DNA of 25,881 bases from Verrucomicrobiota bacterium (GTDB lineage Bacteria; Verrucomicrobiota; Verrucomicrobiia; Verrucomicrobiales; DEV007), in the NCBI GenBank assembly GCA_045046875.1, contig JASFYY010000003.1, positions 1-25,881 of the forward strand, given 5' to 3'. Numbering within the stretch: position 1 is the stretch's first letter; each line of letters opens with the position of its first letter. Under the pieces are notes generated by a model. It was not told where the DNA came from. It did no database searches and saw only the letters and a list, made by a program, of their open reading frames with translations. Below are positions 9,271 to 20,501 of the stretch, piece by piece. The position numbers were made by a program, and so were the translations under genes.

Positions 9271-10593
9271 TTACGTCAATCCCTCAACTTCCCAACCTTT
9301 CCGATAAGGAGAGCTGACTAATTTTGAAGCCTCCACACTATTCGGAAACTTCATCCGTTTTGCATCCCATTCCAGAGTCTCTCCTGGAAAACGACAAACG
9401 ATCGTGCCAAGCAAAACGGTTTCGGTAAGTGGCCCGGCGTAATCAAAATGTGAAGTCGTTTTACCTTCTCCGCGAATGGCATCGACCCACTGTTGATAGT
9501 GATCAATCTTCTCGAGTTGCGGCATTTTAAAATCCTTAAATTTTTCCTGTGGATAAAGCACCGGCACATTACTGCTGCCGTGTTTCGCGACCAGGGTTCC
9601 ACTTTCCCCTACAAACATCGATCCCCCGCCCTGTAATTTTATATCTGCAGGCAATCCGTTTGATTCCAGATCCGGCAAGAGTTTGCCGTCATGCCAAGTC
9701 ATTTTAAGCTTATCTCCCTTGGTGTATTTTGTCCCCTTGAACACATAATGAATGCGCTCCGATTCCGGAAAAGTCTCCGGACGCGGTTCCGGCCCTTCAT
9801 AAGCTACGGTAAGAGGTGCACCCAATTCCAAGGCCCACACCGGAGGATCAATGATATGAGCTCCCATATCGCCCAGCGCTCCCGCTCCAAAATCAAACCA
9901 GCCGCGCCATTTGAAGGGGTGATAGGAAGGATGATAAGGACGCTCCGGTGCCCCCCCAAGCCAAAGATTCCAATCCAGCGTATCAGGCACCGGCGGTCTT
10001 TCACTTGGACGAATTATACCCTGGGGCCACACCGGCCGATCCGACCAGGTATGAACCTGTTTAATTTTTCCTATGATTCCGCTACGGATGATTTCCACAA
10101 GCATGCGATAGGTGAGTCCATTATGATGCTGATTCCCCATCTGGGTGGCCACTCCCGCCTCCTTCGCCGCTTGCGTGATTTGCCGGGATTCAGCAACCGT
10201 TCGAGTAAGCGGTTTTTGAGTATAGGTCGCGATTCCCATCTTCAACGCCGTCATCGTGATTGGAGCGTGCATGTGATCCGGGGTCGACACGGTGATGCCG
10301 TCGAGTTTATCCCCTTCCTTTTCAAGCAACTCTCGCCAATCTTGATAGCGCTTCGCCTTGGGCCATTTTTCCATTGCCCCAAACCAGCCTCCTTTGCGAT
10401 TGCGTCCAACATTCACATCACAGAAAGCCTGCATATTGGCATAACGTGCGGCTCCCCGCGAATCCGTCCATCCCTTTCCTCCAACTCCAATAGAAGCAAT
10501 GTTGGGCGTTTCATTGGGAGAAGCGGCCCATGAACCAATGACGGGCGAAAGACCTGAGGCGGAACAAAAAGTGAGAAAGGTGCGGCGTTTCAT
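9271..10593 (-). CDS. Gfo/Idh/MocA family NAD(P)-dependent oxidoreductase, Tat-exported
   Basis: Start placed at ATG 10593 (MKRRTFL, Tat motif). Motifs IGVGGKG, VSTPDHMH, YTQKPL, TQMGNQ, WRGWFDFGAGALGDMGAH and terminal YRKGW. Confidence 0.9.
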   Translation of the reverse strand: MKRRTFLTFCSASGLSPVIGSWAASPNETPNIASIGVGGKGWTDSRGAARYANMQAFCDVNVGRNRKGGWFGAMEKWPKAKRYQDWRELLEKEGDKLDGITVSTPDHMHAPITMTALKMGIATYTQKPLTRTVAESRQITQAAKEAGVATQMGNQHHNGLTYRMLVEIIRSGIIGKIKQVHTWSDRPVWPQGIIRPSERPPVPDTLDWNLWLGGAPERPYHPSYHPFKWRGWFDFGAGALGDMGAHIIDPPVWALELGAPLTVAYEGPEPRPETFPESERIHYVFKGTKYTKGDKLKMTWHDGKLLPDLESNGLPADIKLQGGGSMFVGESGTLVAKHGSSNVPVLYPQEKFKDFKMPQLEKIDHYQQWVDAIRGEGKTTSHFDYAGPLTETVLLGTIVCRFPGETLEWDAKRMKFPNSVEASKLVSSPYRKGWEVEGLT

Positions 10594-10771
10594 GAAGAAA
10601 CGATAAACCACAAAAAAACAGCTTCATGTCCGCAATTGCGCCATATTGCGACACTGTCCTAAGCTCTTCTAATTGGACAAGTTGTGAACGAAGATAGTTT
10701 TTTCTACACTACCCCTTTTTGGCAACAAAATTTCAAAGCCCCGATTAGCGGAAATCAGCGACCATGCGCGG

Positions 10772-11431
10772 TTAAAAATCGCAACCTTCAAACGGCGTAA
10801 ACCGCTCCGGCAACGGACTCGTCACTACGATTTCATACCCTTCCACGGGATGCACAAAGCTCAACTGCCTCGCGTGAAGCATGAGCCTTGGTTGATCAAT
10901 CAATTCCGCGATTCGCTCCATTTTTCCGATCTCGCCGTATAAAAAATCCCCCACGATCGGCATACCGCCGTTTAAAAGATGTTTTCGGATTTGATGAAAA
11001 CGTCCCGTTTTCGGCGCAGCCGTCAGAACTGAAAAAACATCGGACCCAATAGTGCAAATTCGGTCGCGCACGAAATACGTTTCAGCCTCACGAAAAGGTT
11101 CGCCCTCGCTTTTTTGTAATTGATCACGCGCCGTCCACTCTTCCTGCGTTTCACCACACACCACCGCCGTATACGTTTTTTTCACCAATTGCTCATCGAA
11201 CTGCTTTCGCACACAATCCACCACCTCCTGATCGAGAAGGAACAGCAATACACCCGACGTCGGGCGATCCAGTCGATGCACCGGATAAACCCGTTGCCCG
11301 AGCTGATCTCGCAGGGTTTTCATCGCTATTTGCTCCACCGGTTCAGGATCACGCCCCGGATGCACCAGCATCCCTGCAGGCTTATCCACAACGACGAGCC
11401 ATTGATCGTAATATAGAATTTTCAGACTCAT
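10772..11431 (-). CDS. RluA/TruC-family RNA pseudouridine synthase (TruC-like)
   Basis: Motifs VDKPAGMLVH, HRLDRPTSG (catalytic Asp), PKTGRFHQIRKH, PIVGD.LYG and LMLHA. No S4 domain. Start taken at ATG 11431; a TTG at 11440 is possible. Confidence 0.88.
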   Translation of the reverse strand: MSLKILYYDQWLVVVDKPAGMLVHPGRDPEPVEQIAMKTLRDQLGQRVYPVHRLDRPTSGVLLFLLDQEVVDCVRKQFDEQLVKKTYTAVVCGETQEEWTARDQLQKSEGEPFREAETYFVRDRICTIGSDVFSVLTAAPKTGRFHQIRKHLLNGGMPIVGDFLYGEIGKMERIAELIDQPRLMLHARQLSFVHPVEGYEIVVTSPLPERFTPFEGCDF

Positions 11432-11899
11432 AACAGGCAAATCATTCGTGTTGGTAACCGAAAAACGAGGGAGGACAACATTATCGCAATTTATCGCATC
11501 ACTTTTCCGAACAATTCAGCCTGATTCCCGTCCTGTCCAAATATTAGTCCGACGTCTTTTATAATGGCAGGCAAACCGAACTGAACTCCCTCTTTTTTCA
11601 GCCAGGTGTTTTGTATAGTATAGACTGTGTTCCATCCGGGTATGGACGAAAACTTAGGATTACATCGAGCATAACGGCTCTTTCCCCCGTTAGAAAAGGA
11701 ACGAAGAGTTTTTAGCTCCATGCTTGGACCCCAAAAAGACTGTTTTTGAGGTGTTTTCACAATACGAAAGGGTGCTTTTGGAAACACTGGCGAGCATGGA
11801 ATCACAGCTCTTTTGGGCCCTCTACCACTTCCACTTCACAACCGATTCATCCAGCACCCCTTCCAGCTTTCCAGCTTTCCAGATAAAGCTACCAGGTAA

Positions 11900-12011
11900 G
11901 GTTTGGCATACCTCGCCCTTTGAAAAAGTGATGGACCCGCTCAGGGGGCAAGCAGTGCGCGTTGAGTTTAAAATCTACAACTCGCAGCTGTATTCGTTTT
12001 CGATTCAGTAA
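11900..12011 (+). pseudogene. Probable 3' remnant of a PVC-type glycoside-hydrolase-like (beta-propeller) gene
   Basis: The end of ORF 11724..12011 reads MDPLRGQAVRVEFKIYNSQLYSFSIQ*, resembling the L.G..VRL.F.L....LYSF terminus I recall from such proteins. The upstream part is not recognisable. The left boundary is approximate. Confidence 0.35.
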
Positions 12012-12055
12012 GCTCTGAGCCGTTGCTTGTTTCCAGCAAGTTTCAACATCAGCTT

Positions 12056-12424
12056 TTATTTCCCTTTGCCATTACCTTTGCCCTTAACGTGCGCCCTGTG
12101 CTTACCTTTTTTGTTCGATTTGGGAACCATCCAAGTGGTAATTCATTCGTTCAAGCTCACCTTTACTTAATACGCCGTCTTTATTGTTGTCTGCTTTAGT
12201 AAAGGTTCGACTTGCTTCTATCCTCCCCTTGACGGCGAACCAAGGCCTTGGAAAAATTTGAGCGGGAAAATTCAGCTTTCGTGAAGCTACCGCTTTTGTC
12301 CTTGTCGCAAGTTTTGAGAAGGATCATGGCTTGTTTTTCAGGCCCTCTGAGATTCCTGTTCTTTATCGGCATGAACGATGCTGGAGCATAGCGCTATGAC
12401 TAGAGTGAATAATTGCGATTTCAT
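12056..12424 (-). pseudogene. Frameshifted gene for a small secreted two-EF-hand protein with a Lys/Gly-rich tail
   Basis: Manual translation gives four segments joined by frame changes: signal peptide MKSQLFTLVIALCSSIVHA|DK; ...CDKDKSGSFTKAEF (EF loop 1); ...FTKADNNKDGVLSKGEL (EF loop 2); ...KKGKHRAHVKGKGNGKGK* (TAA at 12058-12056). Confidence 0.8.
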
Positions 12425-12661
12425 TAATTTTTAGGTTTAATTGTGCTTGCATGAAATAAAACTCATTTAATTAAAAATGGTTGCGATGAATCTCCATTTT
12501 TCCTGAATTACTTTCCAGGACAGGTGGGAAAGGGCACTGTTGAACGGGTGGTGATGCCCAACCAATTTACCCCTCTTAAATGGCGGTAGGAGTCGGATAA
12601 TCTCCAAAGTATCTCAGCCTCCGGTTTTCTTAAATAGATCGTTCTATCTCACCTTGTAACG

Positions 12662-12736
12662 AACATTTGGCAGGAGAGGGTATGGTGCTTCCGCGGCGTG
12701 CCACACATCCACGCTTACTTTCATCTGAAGGCGTAA
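12662..12736 (+). pseudogene. Diverged duplicate of the 3' end of the DUF3500 gene (direct repeat of about 9167-9252)
   Basis: 12683-12736 matches 9199-9252 at 48/54 nt: WCFRGVPHIHAYFHLKA* vs WYFRGVPHIHAYFHLAA*. The upstream ttggcag (WQ) also matches after a net 12-nt deletion. In-frame TAG at 12635 and no start codon. Confidence 0.9.
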
Positions 12737-12913
12737 CTTTTCAGATTCACACTCCACGACATTTTTTTTAAAACCACCTTCACCGATCTCACACGACCTC
12801 CAGCAAGAAGTCGATTAGTCTATTTCAGGAATCCCTTCACTGGAGCTAATATAAAATGTGGTCGTTTTTCAAACGTTAGCACAGTGAAATATATATCCCC
12901 CACACTATGGCTG

Positions 12914-16114
<3,201 letters not shown>

Positions 16115-17383
16115 TTAATGATCGTGACTAGCACCCGATTTGAGAACATCAGCTTTCACCACGAAACTGTTTTCAGAAACGTATTTGGTTCCGGCCTTCA
16201 ATCCCGACAGTATTTCCACCCATTCACCGTCACGACGTCCCAGCTCCACAATCGCGATTTCATAGACCGTTCCATCCTGCATGAATACGACGTCCCAATC
16301 GCGGAACTTCTGCAAGGCGCTGTCTTTGACAACCACGGGAACTGTCTCCTTTTTCACGACTACCTCGGCTTTCACAAAAAGGCCCGGTAGCCACTCTTTG
16401 TCTGGGTTCGCTAGCTCGGCACGGGCGAGCATTGTCTGGGTATTCTCGGCACCAAATGGAGACAGGTATACAATCGCAGCTTCACCTTCCGGACCACCAT
16501 CACCACTATCAATGAGGATTTTCTGCCCCTTTCGCAATAGTGAAAAATCATGCCGATGCACGTTCAAATCAACCCACACCGAACTAAGGTCAGCAATCGC
16601 ATAAATCAATGAATCGTTGGAAACGAATTCACCCAAAGCGATATCGTAATGAGTCACCGTGCCATCTAACAGTGAAATAATATTGTAGGGTTGCAGACTT
16701 TCGTTGCTTTCCACAACCGCCAGCACCTCGTTTTTAGCCACCTCATCACCAAGATGTTTTCGAGCGTCTTTTACAATCCCCGGATAACGCGGATAAACAT
16801 GCATCATCCGTGTTTCATTGGGAATTATTTTCCCGTTCATACTAACTGTTGTGCGCATCGTTCGTGGTCCAGCGACTTCAAACTGAAGATCAACGCTGGC
16901 CGCTGCTTGATCAGAAATTTCGACCCTCCCTTCATAGGATTCGTATTCCCAGGCATATGATTTGCCGGCATACTTCGCTACAACCTTGACATCGAATGAG
17001 TGGGGCTCTTCGACAACCAAATCCCCAACAAGGTAATCGTCTTGTTTTTTGAACTGGAACTTATCAACCCGCCCGGCAAATCGATGCAACTCGATCACCA
17101 GATCAACTTCATCCAGGTTTAAAGGCTCTCCATTCAAAAAAGGAAACACCCGAAACTGTGGTGGGATATCCGGTTCGTAGATCGTCACTTCGACAGCAAA
17201 GTCCCCCTCGGAAAGCAGACGACCATGATGCGGCCCCCGGGGATAATCGGACGCCTCTGCTTCCCCATGCCCAGCACCTTCAGCTGCACGGTGCTGAGGC
17301 TCTAACTTTAAAATTTCTTTTCCTCCCCAAACGCCTGCTAACAGGATGGCGGTGATTGCAATTAGTTTAATAAGTAGTTTCAT
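16115..17383 (-). CDS. czcB: CzcB-like RND periplasmic adaptor (membrane fusion protein)
   Basis: 422 aa. N-terminal membrane anchor, His-containing RGPHHGRLL domain, IADLSSVWVD, VEILSGL.AG and terminal GASHDH. Lies between TolC-family and RND genes. Confidence 0.88.
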   Translation of the reverse strand: MKLLIKLIAITAILLAGVWGGKEILKLEPQHRAAEGAGHGEAEASDYPRGPHHGRLLSEGDFAVEVTIYEPDIPPQFRVFPFLNGEPLNLDEVDLVIELHRFAGRVDKFQFKKQDDYLVGDLVVEEPHSFDVKVVAKYAGKSYAWEYESYEGRVEISDQAAASVDLQFEVAGPRTMRTTVSMNGKIIPNETRMMHVYPRYPGIVKDARKHLGDEVAKNEVLAVVESNESLQPYNIISLLDGTVTHYDIALGEFVSNDSLIYAIADLSSVWVDLNVHRHDFSLLRKGQKILIDSGDGGPEGEAAIVYLSPFGAENTQTMLARAELANPDKEWLPGLFVKAEVVVKKETVPVVVKDSALQKFRDWDVVFMQDGTVYEIAIVELGRRDGEWVEILSGLKAGTKYVSENSFVVKADVLKSGASHDH

Positions 17384-17389
17384 GTCCGT

Positions 17390-18748
17390 TTATTCTGATG
17401 AGTGTGTTTTCAGGCTGGCTGCTCCGGTCAATCCCTCTATTTGCGCTAGTGCGTCCCGGTAGTTGGAAAATGCCTGAATGAGTTGTAAACGAGCAGTACT
17501 AAGCGTGCGTTGGGTATCTAAAACTTCGAGATAACGAAACAAACCCAATTGGTAGCCTTCCTTGACTTGCTTTTGGGCAATCTCTGCAGCCGGTAAAATT
17601 TCATCACGCAAAACCTTGATTTCAGCGTGACTGCTTGTGAACTTCCGATACGCTGCTGTGAGCTCGGCACTGAGCTGAATCACTACTGCACCGCGCTGTG
17701 CTTTTACCTTTTGTTGCTGTTCACTGGCTGCCCGAATCCCTCCTTGGTTACGATTAAACAACGGCAACGGAACCGATACCCCCACTACGAAAGCCGTATC
17801 ATCGCTTATACTGTAACGCCTAACCCCGCCCCAAATCGTTACGTCCGGCTTGCCGGTCGCACGAGCCAGATTCAACGAAGCTTTAGCGCGTTCACCTTCT
17901 GCTTTATAGCTCAGCAGGCGCGGGTTTGTTACCAATTGATTGCGTAATTCCTCAAGTGGAGCAATCGGAGCAATACTCTCAAATTCACCTAGAACCCTTG
18001 AAAACCGCGGTTCCACCACCCCCCACTGGGCGCTTAGTTTTTCGCGTGCTGAGAAAAGCGCCCGCTTTGCCTGATCCAACTCAACCATCGCAGACGATAT
18101 TGCGATTTTTGATTTTGTTAATTCCAAAGGATTGCCTTTCCCAGCCTCGATACGCCTCTTGATCACCGGTTCAAACTGCCTCGTCAATTCCACGATTTCC
18201 TCGTTGACAATAATGCGCCTTTGAGCTTCCAGGACATCAATAAATCGCAGTGCGGTTTGCACCAACACCGCTCGCTTTTTTATTTCGTATTCGAGACGTT
18301 TCACCTCACGTTGTGAGCGTGCAAGGTTGGTTCGAAAATTCCGTTTACCGCCACGTTCTATCAACTGGCCTAGAGAAAGGGTTGATTCAGTGGAATTTGC
18401 TCCTCTAAACGCACCCGTCCCCCCGAATGCTTCAAGTTCGGTATCTAGCGTCGGGTTAGGACGCAGGTTTGCTTGCAGGATAAGAGCATCCGCTGATCGA
18501 ATATCATACTCAAAACCGATCAGCTCCGGATTGCCTTTCAAGGTTAAGGCCAAAGCATTTTTAAGCATCAAGTTATCAATACTCTCCGGTGTAATATCTC
18601 CTGTTGTTTCTTGAGCTTCTAGGTCAACAGCTCCCAAAAAATGCACTAGCGCAAAACACGCAGCCATTACCAAGCTTAAATGTCTTACGATTTTCAAATT
18701 TGGAAAGGCAATCGAACTTTGATTTGTTAAAATTTTAAACTGATACAT
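17390..18748 (-). CDS. czcC: CzcC-like TolC-family outer membrane efflux protein
   Basis: Motifs QANLRPNPTL, LGQLIERGGKR, VSVPLPLFNRNQG and GYQLG.F.YLEVLD. Start uncertain: ATG 18748 used; in-frame ATG 18667 or TTG 18790 are alternatives. Confidence 0.87.
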   Translation of the reverse strand: MYQFKILTNQSSIAFPNLKIVRHLSLVMAACFALVHFLGAVDLEAQETTGDITPESIDNLMLKNALALTLKGNPELIGFEYDIRSADALILQANLRPNPTLDTELEAFGGTGAFRGANSTESTLSLGQLIERGGKRNFRTNLARSQREVKRLEYEIKKRAVLVQTALRFIDVLEAQRRIIVNEEIVELTRQFEPVIKRRIEAGKGNPLELTKSKIAISSAMVELDQAKRALFSAREKLSAQWGVVEPRFSRVLGEFESIAPIAPLEELRNQLVTNPRLLSYKAEGERAKASLNLARATGKPDVTIWGGVRRYSISDDTAFVVGVSVPLPLFNRNQGGIRAASEQQQKVKAQRGAVVIQLSAELTAAYRKFTSSHAEIKVLRDEILPAAEIAQKQVKEGYQLGLFRYLEVLDTQRTLSTARLQLIQAFSNYRDALAQIEGLTGAASLKTHSSE

Positions 18749-18763
18749 GATTTTTAAAGAGCA

Positions 18764-18825
18764 GATGAAAAGGCACGGCAGTGCCAACAAGTAAGGGTCA
18801 TCAATGCAAGTAGTCTTACATTGAT
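18764..18825 (-). terminator. Two hairpins between the leader ORF and czcC, the second weakly terminator-like
   Basis: On the - strand: AUCAAUGUAAG-acua-CUUGCAUUGAU (18825-18800, 11 bp with one G-U pair), then GGCAC-ugcc-GUGCC (18785-18772) followed by UUUUCAUCU. Confidence 0.45.
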
Positions 18826-18891
18826 CAAGAAGTTGGAGCCTAAATTCCCGAAGAAAATATCGAGATTTTTAGAGCCCAAGTCGCTTCCACC

Positions 18892-19302
18892 TCAGAGTAG
18901 GTAGACACCAAAAACCTCCCGAAAGGGAGTTCGGCCAGGATCAGTTTTTTGCGGAGGAAAGGGATCAATAAATTCCCAGGAACCCGAAGGCTTAAATCGT
19001 CTGACAAGATATGATCCGGAAAAAAGTGTGACAGGACACACAGGTAAAACAACAGAGGATGACGCAAGTTGTAGGATTCCGGCATCTCGAGAATGATCAA
19101 AAACCGTATGCTCCCCGCTATCCTCGTGATCCAACTCTTCATGTTCGACATGCTCATCGATTGCAACCACAAAGCCATGGTCTCCATGAGACGAACTTGC
19201 ATGGGGATGATCCAGCAGTAACTCTACAACATGATGCGCTCCACCTGGGCATAAGATCCAGATAGAGAGCCAAACGGCTAGAGCTTTGTTTAATAGTTTC
19301 AA
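18892..19302 (-). CDS. Small exported His-rich protein heading the czc operon (CzcI/DUF2946-like leader architecture)
   Basis: 136 aa from TTG. Basic-hydrophobic N-terminus, 11 His within aa 23-70, Pro-rich C-terminal DPFPPQKTDPGRTP and hydrophobic end VFGVYLL. Directly downstream of a clear promoter motif and co-oriented with czcCBA. Confidence 0.75.
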   Translation of the reverse strand: MKLLNKALAVWLSIWILCPGGAHHVVELLLDHPHASSSHGDHGFVVAIDEHVEHEELDHEDSGEHTVFDHSRDAGILQLASSSVVLPVCPVTLFSGSYLVRRFKPSGSWEFIDPFPPQKTDPGRTPFREVFGVYLL

Positions 19303-19336
19303 GTTGCGAATCGATGTAAATGAACTTTAGACAGGG

Positions 19337-19366
19337 AATCTAGACCCGACCTATTTGAAGTGTCAA
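19337..19366 (-). promoter_or_regulatory. Sigma70-type promoter for the leader-czcCBA transcript
   Basis: - strand TTGACA (19366-19361), 18-nt spacer, TAGATT (19342-19337); the -10 box ends 35 nt upstream of the TTG start at 19302. Confidence 0.6.
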
Positions 19367-19415
19367 GAAACAATCACTTCTGCAAACTGAAATTTGCAGC
19401 TCGAGATCGCGACGG

Positions 19416-19586
19416 GTGAACGCTGGTGGGGATAACGTGCATCGCAACGCCGTTCTCGGCTTGCTTGTCGGAGCCGCCACCGAATCTTTTCCGGAGCACC
19501 TCCGCGAAGGACTCTCCGACGCGGAAGCATTACAGCATTAGATCGACGCCTTCGTCGAAGTCGCTGCGTCAGGAGATGTTTGGTAG
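19416..19586 (+). pseudogene. 3' remnant of an ADP-ribosylglycohydrolase (DraG/ARH family) gene
   Basis: Manual translation: VNAGGDNVHRNAVLGLLVGAATESFPEHLREGLSDAEALQH*IDAFVEVAASGDVW*. The N.GGDN....A.LG.L.GA motif is typical of the ARH C-terminus. Internal TAG at 19539-19541; no 5' part. Confidence 0.7.
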
Positions 19587-19700
19587 AATCCGAGAAGTAG
19601 GAGTCATGCGACCAATCGTAAATATTGTCATTTTTCCAGATAACCTCATTCCATACGCTCCATCTCGACACGGACGACAATGGACACTACGCAATCATCA

Positions 19701-20354
19701 TCACGCGCGTCTCTTTTGTGGGCGGATAAAGTCACGCCTCAGCAATTCAATCTCGTCCCTCATAACGCAGCCTTCCATATGGTCATTTACCATGCCCATA
19801 GCCTGCATAAACGCGTAGGCGGTTGTCGGGCCAAAGAACTTCCATCCACGTTTTTTTAAGTCTTTACTAAGAGCTAGAGAAGTATTTGTGATGCTGGGAA
19901 TCACGTGTTTTCGCTCGTCCTTCCCAGCATGGGTCTCTTTGGCATCCGGCTCCCATTGCCAGATATAGGCGACCAGGCTTCCAAACTCATCCACGAGTTC
20001 AATGGCGCGGCTCGCATTGTTTATGGTCGCCTCGATTTTTCCTCGGTGGCGAACAATGCCCTTATCCTGAAGAAGTCGAGATACGTCCCGGTCGTCAAAA
20101 CCCGCTACCTTGTCGAATTCAAAACCAGCGAACGCTTTGCGAAAATTTTCACGCTTGCGAAGAATGGTCAGCCATGAAAGTCCTGACTGGAAACCCTCTA
20201 GGCAAATTTTCTCAAAGAGCCTAAAATCGTTATCGACAGGGCGACCCCATTCTTCATCGTGATATCGCTGGTAGTCAGCATGATCACTGCCCCACCAACA
20301 ACGCGTAACGCCATCGTTCCCTGTACGGAGATGTTCGTCATCGAAATCAGGCAT
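19701..20354 (-). CDS. tag: DNA-3-methyladenine glycosylase I
   Basis: Motifs RCWW, YHDEEWG, LFEKICLEGFQSGLSW.TILRKRENFR.AF, LSKDLKKRGWKFFGPTT.YAFMQA.G.VNDH..GC (Zn ligands present). Confidence 0.95.
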   Translation of the reverse strand: MPDFDDEHLRTGNDGVTRCWWGSDHADYQRYHDEEWGRPVDNDFRLFEKICLEGFQSGLSWLTILRKRENFRKAFAGFEFDKVAGFDDRDVSRLLQDKGIVRHRGKIEATINNASRAIELVDEFGSLVAYIWQWEPDAKETHAGKDERKHVIPSITNTSLALSKDLKKRGWKFFGPTTAYAFMQAMGMVNDHMEGCVMRDEIELLRRDFIRPQKRRA

Positions 20355-20501
20355 CGTAGTAGGCTGTCATATATTTTTTATATTTTCTGGGCGATGGGTT
20401 TACTTCTCTGACGAGCAGCTCAATGTAATTCTTACAAAACTAGGTTTTCCAATTTTAAATGAAATTTAACCGGCGTTTGCAAGCCGCTTATGGAGAGAAC
20501 A

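Noticed and set aside
9691..10533. 280-aa + strand ORF
   Set aside because: Fully antisense to the well-supported oxidoreductase; Arg/Ser-rich shadow composition with no motifs.
11491..11805. 104-aa - strand ORF
   Set aside because: No recognisable motif or good start; it lies in the decayed zone and overlaps another doubtful ORF.
12500..12600. Possible riboswitch or ncRNA around gggca...tgccc
   Set aside because: Only a 5-bp closing stem with poor internal pairing; no known aptamer consensus recognised.
18840..19202. 120-aa alternative-frame ORF upstream of czcC
   Set aside because: It overlaps the His-rich ORF on the same strand, and that ORF has the coherent signal/His/Pro architecture and fits the promoter position.
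19539..19541. In-frame TAG as stop-codon recoding or readthrough
   Set aside because: TAG terminates intact genes in this window (e.g. 2493-2495 and czcA), and the fragment also lacks its 5' part, so it is ordinary pseudogenisation.
19363..19818. ORFs 19363..19680 (-) and 19426..19818 (+) as genes
   Set aside because: The region is better explained by the ARH remnant in a different + frame and by the 3' end of tag.
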